The translations under genes were made by a program, and so were the position numbers. 64,000 bases of DNA, from positions 32,001 to 96,000 of IMG/VR virus record IMGVR_UViG_3300032267_001142. The stretch is one strand, 5' to 3'. Positions 37,701-46,200 of the stretch are shown here, piece by piece; the stretch's first letter is position 1, and each line of letters starts with the position of its first letter. The notes beneath the pieces are model-generated. The model ran no database searches. It saw only the letters and a program-made list of their open reading frames with translations, and was not told the origin of the DNA. This DNA comes from a virus.

Positions 37701-39454
37701 CGGCTATAAGCGGTCAGTCTAACGCGATAGGATACATCTTCGACGATGATTTTTCGCTAAGTGGAGTGTGCACCGGTTCCCCGTCTTTTCCGCAACCTAG
37801 TGGAGTATATAATCCTGAAGTTACAGGACATCCTACAAGAGCCAAGCTTTGCGGCGACAGTCAATTCTTTATCTGGAATGATATCATGTCGGGATATCAC
37901 GAGAGCCCCTTCAACTTCTCGGACAATTGCACTACGGGCAAACTATTATGGTTTGCCGCGCAGAACGCTAACGATGAGTGGTTTAAGATAGAATACACCC
38001 AGAAAAGATTCCCTTATATCTCTAATGGGTTCTCAATAGACAAAATTATCATCACGAAAGGTTCACAAGAACCGGAAGTAATTGAGCCTCTATCTGGCGG
38101 CGAGAGACTAAGATATACGTCTAGCTTAGGCGGATTTCTCAACACGGAAATAAAAAGCTCTAACTTCAAGGACTGCTCGTATTGCGTATTAAACCCTTCG
38201 TTTGATTATCTCTATATGTTCAATGAGATAACCGATGAGTGGTATAACGCTAAGCGTATTGGTGGAGCTTTCTATTTCTTGATGAAGGCCGCGTCTAATC
38301 AGGCGTCTACATACAATAATAACTCATCTGCGAACTATGATGGTATTTCCGAAATCCTTTACGGAGCGGGTCTCGGTAGTCGATACCGTTTTATGTCCTA
38401 TCCAGACTTGGAATCTGTCACGGAAGCGCCAGCGCAAAATGATATCAACAGCATCATTTATAAATGGCGTCAGTTCTCTACTGCTAAGGGCTCTACAGAC
38501 GTTTCTTGGGATTACATTCTGACCAGATGTGGTAATTCAGTCGTCGGTCTTGGCGATGGAAATGGAGGAGTCGCGGATTCCGGAGATAATGAAGCTTCGT
38601 TGGGAGACACGGAAGACAACGGAACTTTACTTTTCGGACCCTACTCTCCGTCTCCAAGCCCGCTACCTGACTTTCCTGTGGCCTACATGGGTTCTTCAAA
38701 TAATGGAGGCACAGGTGGGGAAAGCAAACCGCCCGGTAAAAAGCCGAAAGAGGTTACTCCGTCCGAAAGCACGAACGTCGAAATAGAGATTTCTGATATT
38801 CAGTTCGCTGAAAGCTGTTTCCCTGATGATTCGATACAGACCGCAACGGTTTACGTTAATGTCAAAGTCTTAAGTGCTCCTGAAAACGCAACCATACAAA
38901 TCTCCGTAAAGGGGTCGTATGGCCGCTCGCAGAGTTTGTCGCTAACCTCCGGTAATGACGGCGCTGTAAGTTTCGACCCTTCCGTGACGCCAGGAAAAGG
39001 AACGCTGACTTATTATGCGACTGCAAAGCTCAATGGAGAAATAGTCCATGAGGTCAGTAAGACTTCCGACCAAGTTCCGGGCGTTTGCGATAAGTGTTTT
39101 GGCGGCGTTACCGAAGAAAGCTCCCCTGTCACTATCGGCACAGCGAAGCTTTGCAGCCCAGACAACGGAGTCGTGCCGGTAGGAGAGGGCTCTTCTTACG
39201 GATATGATTATGACGGCGGAGGAGGATGCGAGTCGTGCGGTAAACTCAAGGCGTCTCTAGATTTGCGACCAATCCAAAAGCACGATTTTGGAAAGGGCAA
39301 GAATCGAACTCTCTCAGTTTATGATAACAAAGCTGGCCTCGTCCTAGGACCATTCACGATATCGAGCACAGGAAAAGTCCAAGGTATGCCAGATAGTTAC
39401 GAAGTAACCGATTGCAAAGTCCATTTGATAACAGTCAAAGTGGCTTGCGTGTAA
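34739..39454 (+). CDS. Large Ser/Gly-rich tail fibre/adhesin with Calx-beta and Ig-like domains
   Basis: 1571 aa; SG/TG-rich; VEIKRAGGSLG...AGKDY...DEGDKEVTESLGLSL Calx-beta pattern; Pro-rich linker and Cys-rich C-terminus. Confidence 0.65.
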   Translation: MNTSSKISSNFYTQTGVVSYLFDIALDSTRSGASVGLRSSSTSFYFTFRSGKIFDWSRRVIGGYSADVPVEISGQVGRGLADCFINGVPAVLGGAAPTGNWTGWFLDPTGVSVDILSSVRGNRPAYSVTTSGEFLGPNTPVYGAITNNSSLPFLLVGTELMSNSSDFRLTSGDSGKTIQPSESGVFALKSDVSGAFGVLPLRISTDFGLIDLNFSVYGNYQNLGNSSVTISPESNLNALLGIYTPVSSFVDNYPNSADFSVELAYVSGTTGNIFGSQRRTQIKTAALSGKISGSGFLESGAVSTIVYFDTGLSGNVSGNGTGVYRSAWVTSVSSVGQTFSVRSTGLGDGSLYGDFSASGKVFSAASGNVGLFGDYSSPRTFFNVSGSGTYPFYYQGVIPVSSGQSFLTYSGIFPLSSIIPQAYISSGLLTKGKLFSGLLYQQYRVTGLGFATGAFQTGKVDSKFNYNFEPGLYIFSKSFSGLVSSSPYTPPELFDPSVCGTQKEIVASGEIFGNFSWPSSKISLLGPSGYNSSVSGDFLDCVSINSLPNIVASGIPSSIFAPDGSVVSHDRVVYFSPSGGFSVNENSSFVGTKRTSISRMGSTPSGYGFFSGIVEDCGHEGVWRESVSYESQLLSGKLRHAKYGEMSCVGFLTESGVTKNSFAKVVIDSEKPMLFLAENYPSLLSRYENLGQTGQTSLSMYPVIELYKNYSGAIAATGSVGWTGRLISGARLFINGYVAKYEPVLGSTGSGVFYDIYSLKSLLNDDLRYKVKAEVDYPDYKSLFLSARVWGVSGNSVTLSGNSGFIFSDSHLTGGIAEGAQVRYLPISENSCWNQGLGMTQSLLEKAKKPLSSCYAAIGTVLTKGEYILKTSYTSPFASGNANSRGFVSFATGEFRTCESWKYLPVEIKRAGGSLGRIYCEISTYERPQDIAEGAGKDYTGDKFYTQLSEGQSGAFVYVPVVDEGDKEVTESLGLSLLAYYENAPEVSAISGQSNAIGYIFDDDFSLSGVCTGSPSFPQPSGVYNPEVTGHPTRAKLCGDSQFFIWNDIMSGYHESPFNFSDNCTTGKLLWFAAQNANDEWFKIEYTQKRFPYISNGFSIDKIIITKGSQEPEVIEPLSGGERLRYTSSLGGFLNTEIKSSNFKDCSYCVLNPSFDYLYMFNEITDEWYNAKRIGGAFYFLMKAASNQASTYNNNSSANYDGISEILYGAGLGSRYRFMSYPDLESVTEAPAQNDINSIIYKWRQFSTAKGSTDVSWDYILTRCGNSVVGLGDGNGGVADSGDNEASLGDTEDNGTLLFGPYSPSPSPLPDFPVAYMGSSNNGGTGGESKPPGKKPKEVTPSESTNVEIEISDIQFAESCFPDDSIQTATVYVNVKVLSAPENATIQISVKGSYGRSQSLSLTSGNDGAVSFDPSVTPGKGTLTYYATAKLNGEIVHEVSKTSDQVPGVCDKCFGGVTEESSPVTIGTAKLCSPDNGVVPVGEGSSYGYDYDGGGGCESCGKLKASLDLRPIQKHDFGKGKNRTLSVYDNKAGLVLGPFTISSTGKVQGMPDSYEVTDCKVHLITVKVACV

Positions 39455-39455
39455 A
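39449..39455 (+). promoter_or_regulatory. Putative late promoter GTGTAAA overlapping the upstream stop codon
   Basis: GTG-TAA is Val-stop of the 1571-aa gene; 13 nt from motif start to ATG 39462. Confidence 0.45.
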
Positions 39456-39461
39456 TAGAAT

Positions 39462-42400
39462 ATGTCACTTCCAACCAGAGGCAGAGCTAAAATCTCAATA
39501 TTCGACTTCTCTGAAGCCGCTGCTTCTCTCGCGCCCATACCAGAGGTTTTGTTCAGCGGAATCATGGATGAAGTGTCGGTATCTTGCGTAGGCAAGACCG
39601 CTTACGAGGCTTCCCCATCTGCTGTTTCGTCTTGGTATGTGAACAGCGCTGGCACCGGCTTCGTGCCTAGCTTGACTTTGTCTAGCGAAACTATCCTCGA
39701 TGAGAACAGGATAACCAAACTCAGCCCAGACTATAGTGGATTACTGAGCGGTCGGCATAATGCACCACCAAGCGATGATACGAGTAGCTCTGTATACGAA
39801 TCATTACTCGCTGGTAAAAACTACAAAGTAGAGGTCGGTCTTCCTGCCAATACCGATATTAACGCCCCTCGTTACGTTTCGGTGTCTCATCTATTCGGAC
39901 CAAAATATGAAGAGGTACAAGGTCTCGCGGCCACCTCTCAGTCTTGGTTGCGTTACAACGCTCAGACCGGCAATTTATCAAATATTTTCGCTTTTTCTCT
40001 CGAAATGGTCAGAGATATCAGCGGATATGGAGCTTCTATGGGGGTTTCAGGCAAGGGGTTGGAACTTGTTGATTGGTCTCCGGAGATTCTGAACGGTTAC
40101 TGCTCGAAGATTAAAACCGCACTTTCTGGATGCCAAATAAATGATGCGGAGTTTTCGGACTTGTCAAGATGCTTAACGGGTGAAGTTTCACAAGAGCTTT
40201 TGGAATCGACTATTTCAGGAATACTTAGGCAGTCTCTTTCTCGGAGGGGTGTGGTTCCGAGTTCGTCTTTACCTAATTCTGTGGGTGGCGACGGACAGGT
40301 AGATTTGGCGTCCCAGCTTTACCGTTATGCCGGTCATGTCAGTTACAATCAACCAATCGCGGGCGATTCGATTTGCATTCGCACGTTCACGGACTCAAGA
40401 ACCAATGAGTATAAATCCATTTACAACTCGGAGCCTCCTTATACCGGATACTATAAATGCTTTACTTATGGAGTCGACTTCTCCTCGATAAACAGCTTAG
40501 TAACTGCAATAAACAACGCTTTATACTACACCCCTCATCAGACTTGGCAGCAGTCCCAGTGTGAAACGTTAGCTAGTGGTCGGTTTGAATCTGGTCCGGT
40601 TCTTAGGGCGACCAAGACCGATAATAACACGATACGTTTTGAGTCTCAGGTTTTTGGAGATGCTGGAGCCTTTGGTTTGTCAATAACTTCTGGAGATAGG
40701 ACAGCCAACGTCAATGTCAAATCGTTTTTCCTTCCTGATAGGGTGGCGCTCGAAGGTCTTGACGCGTCCGGTAACTGGGTGTCCTTACTCGCTAGGTCAG
40801 GTATTGATTGGTTGGCCTTGGAGCCTACTTTAAGTGTCTCTGAAACTTCGATTTCTCCTATTTCTTCTGGACTTTCCGGAGCAATGAAGCCAGCCCCAGA
40901 AAAGTCACCGCAAGTTCAGGTAAGCGGCTCTGGTAATCTCCAATTGCTATACACTGTAAATATCAGCGGAAAAGACGCTTGCGGCAAAGATTTCCAAGAA
41001 GACGTTCCTATTTATAAGGCGATAGCTCCTAAATACTGCAAACAGGATACGGACCCCCTCAACGAAGAGTCTGATAAAAAAGACGCGATGCTATCCGGCA
41101 TCCTAGGCGGAGAAGTTTCGGGCGAGTATTTCGTGATGTCCAAGTTGAGAACGGGGTGGTTGGTCGATGTCACAGGAGCTTATAAAGAATATCGCTTAGC
41201 TTTATCTGAGATGTCATCTTACGTTGGTCAAGCGACCTGTCATCACGCAGGCGAAATTTACGCTACTAATCTTTCATTTTATGGAAGAGAATCCTCGGCC
41301 AGAGTATTTTCTGGCGAGTCTTGCATTTTCGGAGCGACATATCAGAATCATATAAGAGGATATGCTTCTGGTGTTATAACTGGAACGGCTTCAGGATTGG
41401 CGGAATCCGGTTTTCACGATTTCTCAAGGGATTCCGTCTATGGAACTCCTCTTAACAACACCGTAAGGTTTAATAACGCCGTCGGTAAGCCTATAGGATT
41501 GTTCACGGGTGCATGCACGGGCTCAATAACTGGAACCGGTTTTTATACAGATTATGTCAACTGTGTTCGTTTGATATCTTTGGGCTCGGGTTCGGGTATC
41601 GGCTTAAGTGGACAAGTTTCCGGAGTCATTACGGGAAGCGGACTGCTTGTTGGCGGTCCTTATTATTTCGTCAATGAGTCCTACGCTAGGACGGGAATAA
41701 AGGACACCGTTTACGCTTTCAATCCTTCAGGTTTGTTTCTAGTGAATGGACCTATCAAGGATGTTCCGTTTCCTTTTTCTCGCGGGCAGGCTTTTGGATA
41801 TCTCGATGTTACTATTGCCGCTTCCCAAATTACGGGATACAAGGATTTCTCGGGCGTAATTACAGGCTACCCATCTCAAGCCTTCTACGCGGCTCCTACG
41901 GGTTATTCTAATGCTACGGGCTCCGTCGCCGTCGTCTCGCCTGTGGCGGGCGATATCGTGCTGTTAAATGGCCTTCCTGTTGTTTATGGCACCGGCTCGG
42001 GCCAGAGCGCCCCTTCATATTTCAACTCCGCCGCGACTTTGGCCTCGATTATTAATTCGGGGGTATCTAGATTCTCTGCGTCGGCTTCTTTGTCAGGAAG
42101 CATTGTTAAACTACTCTCTGCGATATCTGGCTCTAGCGGTAATCTTATCGAGCTTTCCGTTATCGGTTCGACGGGATTAAAAACCTCATCCTCCTCACTT
42201 ATTGGAGGGGCTGAAGTTTATCCTTTCGTGACCGTCTCTTCTCCTTTTACTGGTATCTGGTCTAAGAGACTATATGCCGTTCAGTCTCATTCATTAAGTG
42301 GAAGCGGCGTATTTACGGGAGACCTGCCAGTGTTCCTTTACAAGCGCACGTTCACTGGTATTTGGAACCTCCGCTCTGGAGACATTGATTTTTCGGAAGC

Positions 42401-42587
42401 TAATAAAGTCACAAGTGGTAAATATTTCGGTGTTGTTTCTTCCGAAATGTCGCCTGTATCGCTCCCGTTAGATATACAATATGTAGGCCCATATCTACAA
42501 AACAATACCGATGTCGCTAGGCTGTTCGTCAGGGGCATCAACTTCCCATCATCATCTTCGGTGCTAATAACAGGAAAGCCTAACTAA
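39462..42587 (+). CDS. Ser/Gly-rich tail fibre protein
   Basis: 1041 aa; SGVITG-type repeats; modules shared with the upstream fibre. Confidence 0.6.
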   Translation: MSLPTRGRAKISIFDFSEAAASLAPIPEVLFSGIMDEVSVSCVGKTAYEASPSAVSSWYVNSAGTGFVPSLTLSSETILDENRITKLSPDYSGLLSGRHNAPPSDDTSSSVYESLLAGKNYKVEVGLPANTDINAPRYVSVSHLFGPKYEEVQGLAATSQSWLRYNAQTGNLSNIFAFSLEMVRDISGYGASMGVSGKGLELVDWSPEILNGYCSKIKTALSGCQINDAEFSDLSRCLTGEVSQELLESTISGILRQSLSRRGVVPSSSLPNSVGGDGQVDLASQLYRYAGHVSYNQPIAGDSICIRTFTDSRTNEYKSIYNSEPPYTGYYKCFTYGVDFSSINSLVTAINNALYYTPHQTWQQSQCETLASGRFESGPVLRATKTDNNTIRFESQVFGDAGAFGLSITSGDRTANVNVKSFFLPDRVALEGLDASGNWVSLLARSGIDWLALEPTLSVSETSISPISSGLSGAMKPAPEKSPQVQVSGSGNLQLLYTVNISGKDACGKDFQEDVPIYKAIAPKYCKQDTDPLNEESDKKDAMLSGILGGEVSGEYFVMSKLRTGWLVDVTGAYKEYRLALSEMSSYVGQATCHHAGEIYATNLSFYGRESSARVFSGESCIFGATYQNHIRGYASGVITGTASGLAESGFHDFSRDSVYGTPLNNTVRFNNAVGKPIGLFTGACTGSITGTGFYTDYVNCVRLISLGSGSGIGLSGQVSGVITGSGLLVGGPYYFVNESYARTGIKDTVYAFNPSGLFLVNGPIKDVPFPFSRGQAFGYLDVTIAASQITGYKDFSGVITGYPSQAFYAAPTGYSNATGSVAVVSPVAGDIVLLNGLPVVYGTGSGQSAPSYFNSAATLASIINSGVSRFSASASLSGSIVKLLSAISGSSGNLIELSVIGSTGLKTSSSSLIGGAEVYPFVTVSSPFTGIWSKRLYAVQSHSLSGSGVFTGDLPVFLYKRTFTGIWNLRSGDIDFSEANKVTSGKYFGVVSSEMSPVSLPLDIQYVGPYLQNNTDVARLFVRGINFPSSSSVLITGKPN

Positions 42588-43429
42588 TGAACACTTCAAT
42601 AAAACATCAACGTCTACCTTCTTACGGAGGCGGTCAGGGCTCTTCGGCCTCACCGTTCCAACTTTTAGTTTCTGGGCAGAATTGCAGAATCAGTAGCAAC
42701 TCTCCTTTACTGTCTTCGTTTTCTGCACGCGACACTTTAGATATTTTCGGGTTAGACTGTTCTTTCGATATGTCCTACGGAAAGAGAATGTATCTTGAGG
42801 TTACTCTTAATGCGGTCTTACAGCCTGTGGCGGCTAGAATCAGGAATGATGGGTTATGGATGAAATCTAAAACTAAGATTACCACTTCTTCTGGAACGGT
42901 TTTATCTAACGTCTATCCGAATGAAATTGAACTAATTGCCAAGGCAGACTCTTCCGAAAAGCTTCTGGAGCTTAACTCTGATATTACGACGGCGGAAACT
43001 ATAGCTACACAAGAATTAGCCGTCATTAGTGGGGAGTTGTCGCGTGGAAATATCACCTCCCAACAAGCCTCCGCCAGAACGTCGGCCACAAATGAGTCTC
43101 TAAACTCATATAGAGACGCGCTGCAAAACCTAAGAAACAACTTCGCTTCATTCTTCGACGGTAACTCCGTCACCAAAAAGCAGTTCAAGGCTTACAAGAT
43201 GATAGCTTACACGACAAAGAATACGTCTTCAAGTCTAGGCGGAACTTTGGTCTTTCCTACCAATGGAACTGATTTTTACCAAATCGCGCCTTGCGTATCA
43301 AGCGCCCTGATGCTAGCCTCGTCTTCTTACGTAAACGTTCCAACTAAAGTTGCGATTCCTTGGTCAAGTCCAGTTTTTGAGTGGAAGGTCGATGGCGAGG
43401 TAGAAGACGTTACTATCTCGGGTGTGTAA
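42587..43429 (+). CDS. Hypothetical virion protein with central coiled coil
   Basis: TAATG-coupled; 280 aa. Confidence 0.55.
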   Translation: MNTSIKHQRLPSYGGGQGSSASPFQLLVSGQNCRISSNSPLLSSFSARDTLDIFGLDCSFDMSYGKRMYLEVTLNAVLQPVAARIRNDGLWMKSKTKITTSSGTVLSNVYPNEIELIAKADSSEKLLELNSDITTAETIATQELAVISGELSRGNITSQQASARTSATNESLNSYRDALQNLRNNFASFFDGNSVTKKQFKAYKMIAYTTKNTSSSLGGTLVFPTNGTDFYQIAPCVSSALMLASSSYVNVPTKVAIPWSSPVFEWKVDGEVEDVTISGV

Positions 43430-43430
43430 T

Positions 43431-44267
43431 ATGTTTTCCGCGCTTCCTAACATAAGGGTTTCAGATACTCTTCCTAACCTGTATTTTTATCCGATAGGAC
43501 TGAGCTATTCTGATTTTTTGCAGATGTTTTTTGATGTCGACAGATATCAGATTTCCGCATCATCTTTATCGTCTTCCGACCCTTATCTGGCTTTCATTTC
43601 GGCGGGCGGTGCCGCAGGAAATATAATTGGAACGATTGATGGACTGAACGCTGCAACATCCGCCATCTCTGGTGCTAGAGGCTTTTTCACCGGAGAAACA
43701 AAAAGGACTTGGTTAGCTCCCCAATTTGAGACTCAGCACGATTTAGAAATTTACCAGTCTCGTCGTATCAACTCGGATATTGGCGGGCCAATTCACAGCT
43801 TCTCTGGCGGTTTCAATTTAGAGATAGACATGACCCTTTCATTGCAATTCGGCGGACGGTATTATCCTCGTATTACCGCGTTTCTTTCTGGAATAACTTC
43901 GTCCAGTTCCTCTTTCTCTGTTGGTTATCTGTCTTTGGACGGCCTTGGCCTAGTTCCGGTATATTCCGATAACCCAACATTAACTTTTTCCGGCTCTATG
44001 AGCAGGGCGTTTTCTTACTCTCGCATTAGCGCTCGCTTTAGAGACGGGCGCATCACCATCTCTGATGCAGAATTCGGGAGATTACCTCAAATCAAATCGG
44101 CTTTTTGTAGGGGGTTTTCTTTGAAGTCCGAATTGCTATCACCAAATTCTATTACAATACAAGCTCCATTTTCGGGATTATCAGAATTAGAGCTTCTCCT
44201 ACAAGAAGGTCAGGGTACCTCTTTTAATCAGTATTCTGTTCTAGCTTCTTCTGTTCCGCAGCCCTAA
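43431..44267 (+). CDS. Hypothetical protein, last gene of the + strand block
   Basis: ATG 43431 just after the upstream stop; 3' end overlaps the convergent gene by 44 nt. Confidence 0.55.
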   Translation: MFSALPNIRVSDTLPNLYFYPIGLSYSDFLQMFFDVDRYQISASSLSSSDPYLAFISAGGAAGNIIGTIDGLNAATSAISGARGFFTGETKRTWLAPQFETQHDLEIYQSRRINSDIGGPIHSFSGGFNLEIDMTLSLQFGGRYYPRITAFLSGITSSSSSFSVGYLSLDGLGLVPVYSDNPTLTFSGSMSRAFSYSRISARFRDGRITISDAEFGRLPQIKSAFCRGFSLKSELLSPNSITIQAPFSGLSELELLLQEGQGTSFNQYSVLASSVPQP

Positions 44268-44970
44268 TCTTAGCTTGGAGAACGGCTTTGACCCTTTCGA
44301 TAAGAGGGATAACTTGGTCCTGCGGAATATCTTCCATCTTTGTCCAAGAGTCCGCGCCTTCAACGCCATCTTTAATCATGCGGTTGAGAAACGCGTTGAA
44401 CTTGATTTTGTTCGCGGCCAAAAAGTCTTCTAGGACTTTGTGAGCCTCGTTTCCTGATGAATCCGCCATGCTTCTAGTATTACAGCTAGGAAGCTCGTCC
44501 TTTCCTAATACTGGGATGTTTAGGAAGCCTCTGACGGCGCGCACGAAGCCTCTGTTCTCGGCAATACTAGTCAAAAAGTTTTGTCCTAGCGACTTAGTGT
44601 TATTTAGATGGGCGTCAGCGCAAGCAGAAAACGATACGGCGAGGCCATCCGTTTCGTAATTAGGTATCCACGTAATACAGGTCTCGACGGCCACGAATTC
44701 GGCGTGAGAAGAAGGCAGCAAGGAATGCTTGACGCTAGAAAAACCTCTTAAAGTTGCCAAATTTCGATAACCTTGCAAAAGCACTAGGAGAGCTTCTTCT
44801 GGAACTTTAGTGATGTCCTGCTCAAGTGTCCTTTCGGTGTTTATCACGATGTACTGCGGTTCTATCATTTTTCTCCAGTCGACTCTTCCGTCAGACTTAA
44901 ATGGATATTCGACACCTTCGATAAGACCGAAGGTGTTCCGCTTGCGGGTGATAATATTCGTTTCGCTCAT
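44224..44970 (-). CDS. Single-strand annealing protein candidate (Rad52/Sak-like)
   Basis: VAVETCITW...SFSACADA...IAENRGFVRAVRGFLNI resembles the AETRA-x2-RA-x-R helix of SSAPs. Confidence 0.45.
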   Translation of the reverse strand: MSETNIITRKRNTFGLIEGVEYPFKSDGRVDWRKMIEPQYIVINTERTLEQDITKVPEEALLVLLQGYRNLATLRGFSSVKHSLLPSSHAEFVAVETCITWIPNYETDGLAVSFSACADAHLNNTKSLGQNFLTSIAENRGFVRAVRGFLNIPVLGKDELPSCNTRSMADSSGNEAHKVLEDFLAANKIKFNAFLNRMIKDGVEGADSWTKMEDIPQDQVIPLIERVKAVLQAKIRAAEQKKLEQNTD

Positions 44971-44979
44971 GTATGTGTT

Positions 44980-46197
44980 TTAATTGCTTTTGTTAGCCGC
45001 GTCAAGGACATTGCCATTTCTGTAAATGTAGAAGAATTCGGAATCTTCCCAGAAATCAGCGCAGTCCAAAACCTCTCCCTCGTTGTCTCTAAGGTCGCCG
45101 CTTGGGACATTTTTACCGTCCTTCCAGTGGGCTCTACTGAGATAAAGCTTTCCAGACGATAGCAGAAATCTTCCAGTACGGAATCTCATACCCGCAACAT
45201 CTTTGTCAATAGTGGCTGGACGCTCAGAGCTTAAAGATTTGTGTATCGGCTCGAAGTCGAAATACTCTAATTTAATCGGCCCTAGCGTTTCTTCTGGCAG
45301 CTTAGAGAGGAGAATGTATTTAATTCCTAAGTCGGAGATAGCCTTAACGAAGAGAGGGTTATGATTTTCCTTAATTTCATAAACTATCGTGTCTACGTTG
45401 CCCATCACATTCCGAAGTTCGTCGACATTGACGGGCTTATCTGTGACGATATTGCATTTGCGATGTTTGAGAATCTTAAACATCACTTCTTCGCTTCCGC
45501 CTAGGTCAAATCTAAAGGTAGGAATTTGATTGCCACATACCCCTAAATCAATTAGTAAGTCGGGAATTACTTCAAAAGTGACTATTTGAAATTTCTCTCC
45601 TACGCGTATGGTTTTTGGTAAGCCTTCCAAGAATTTACGTTCGGCCTTGAGCACTCTCATTACCGCTCTCGCTACTTCTTCTGGACGTATCTCATCAATG
45701 TGTTTTTTGTGTTCCTCCGATTGAAATGACGGCCTGTGAGTATCGGGTGTGATGTAGTGTTGCTTCGTCTTGTCGCCAAACCAAGCTCCAGAAATATTAG
45801 GGTGGGTCGGCCCAAAGCACGAAACTAATGGGACGTTATGATGTCCTGCCAAATGGATGATACTCGTATCGTTCGCTAGCACTAATGACGAGTGCTTAAC
45901 AAGCCAAGAATACTGGTAAAGGGAAGTCTGTCCGCAAAAATTTAGGTGGACGTTAAGAGGGGTATCATTCGCAGAGCCAACTTGAATCAGCTTATAGCCG
46001 CAAGATTCAAGAAATGGAATTACGCAGCGCAAGACTTCATTGAGCAGTGAGTAATTTTTACTTTGCATGCCCGAGCTTGAGCATACCAAAACGTATTTAT
46101 CGAATCCGTCAGGCAAAGGGATGCTATGCTCATAGGTCTGCATCGAGCCTATCCTAAGCCCCGTCGAGCGACTATAAGTATCTAAAAGGTGAGCCAT
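44980..46197 (-). CDS. GT9 (heptosyltransferase-like) C-terminal domain fused to an unknown domain
   Basis: CGQTSLYQ...VLANDTSIIHLAGHHNVPLVSCFGPTHP signature. Confidence 0.75.
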   Translation of the reverse strand: MAHLLDTYSRSTGLRIGSMQTYEHSIPLPDGFDKYVLVCSSSGMQSKNYSLLNEVLRCVIPFLESCGYKLIQVGSANDTPLNVHLNFCGQTSLYQYSWLVKHSSLVLANDTSIIHLAGHHNVPLVSCFGPTHPNISGAWFGDKTKQHYITPDTHRPSFQSEEHKKHIDEIRPEEVARAVMRVLKAERKFLEGLPKTIRVGEKFQIVTFEVIPDLLIDLGVCGNQIPTFRFDLGGSEEVMFKILKHRKCNIVTDKPVNVDELRNVMGNVDTIVYEIKENHNPLFVKAISDLGIKYILLSKLPEETLGPIKLEYFDFEPIHKSLSSERPATIDKDVAGMRFRTGRFLLSSGKLYLSRAHWKDGKNVPSGDLRDNEGEVLDCADFWEDSEFFYIYRNGNVLDAANKSN

Positions 46198-46200
46198 AGG

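Noticed and set aside
43424-43430. GTGTAAT before ATG 43431
   Set aside because: It is the Val-stop of the upstream gene and only 7 nt from the ATG, closer than any other copy; not counted
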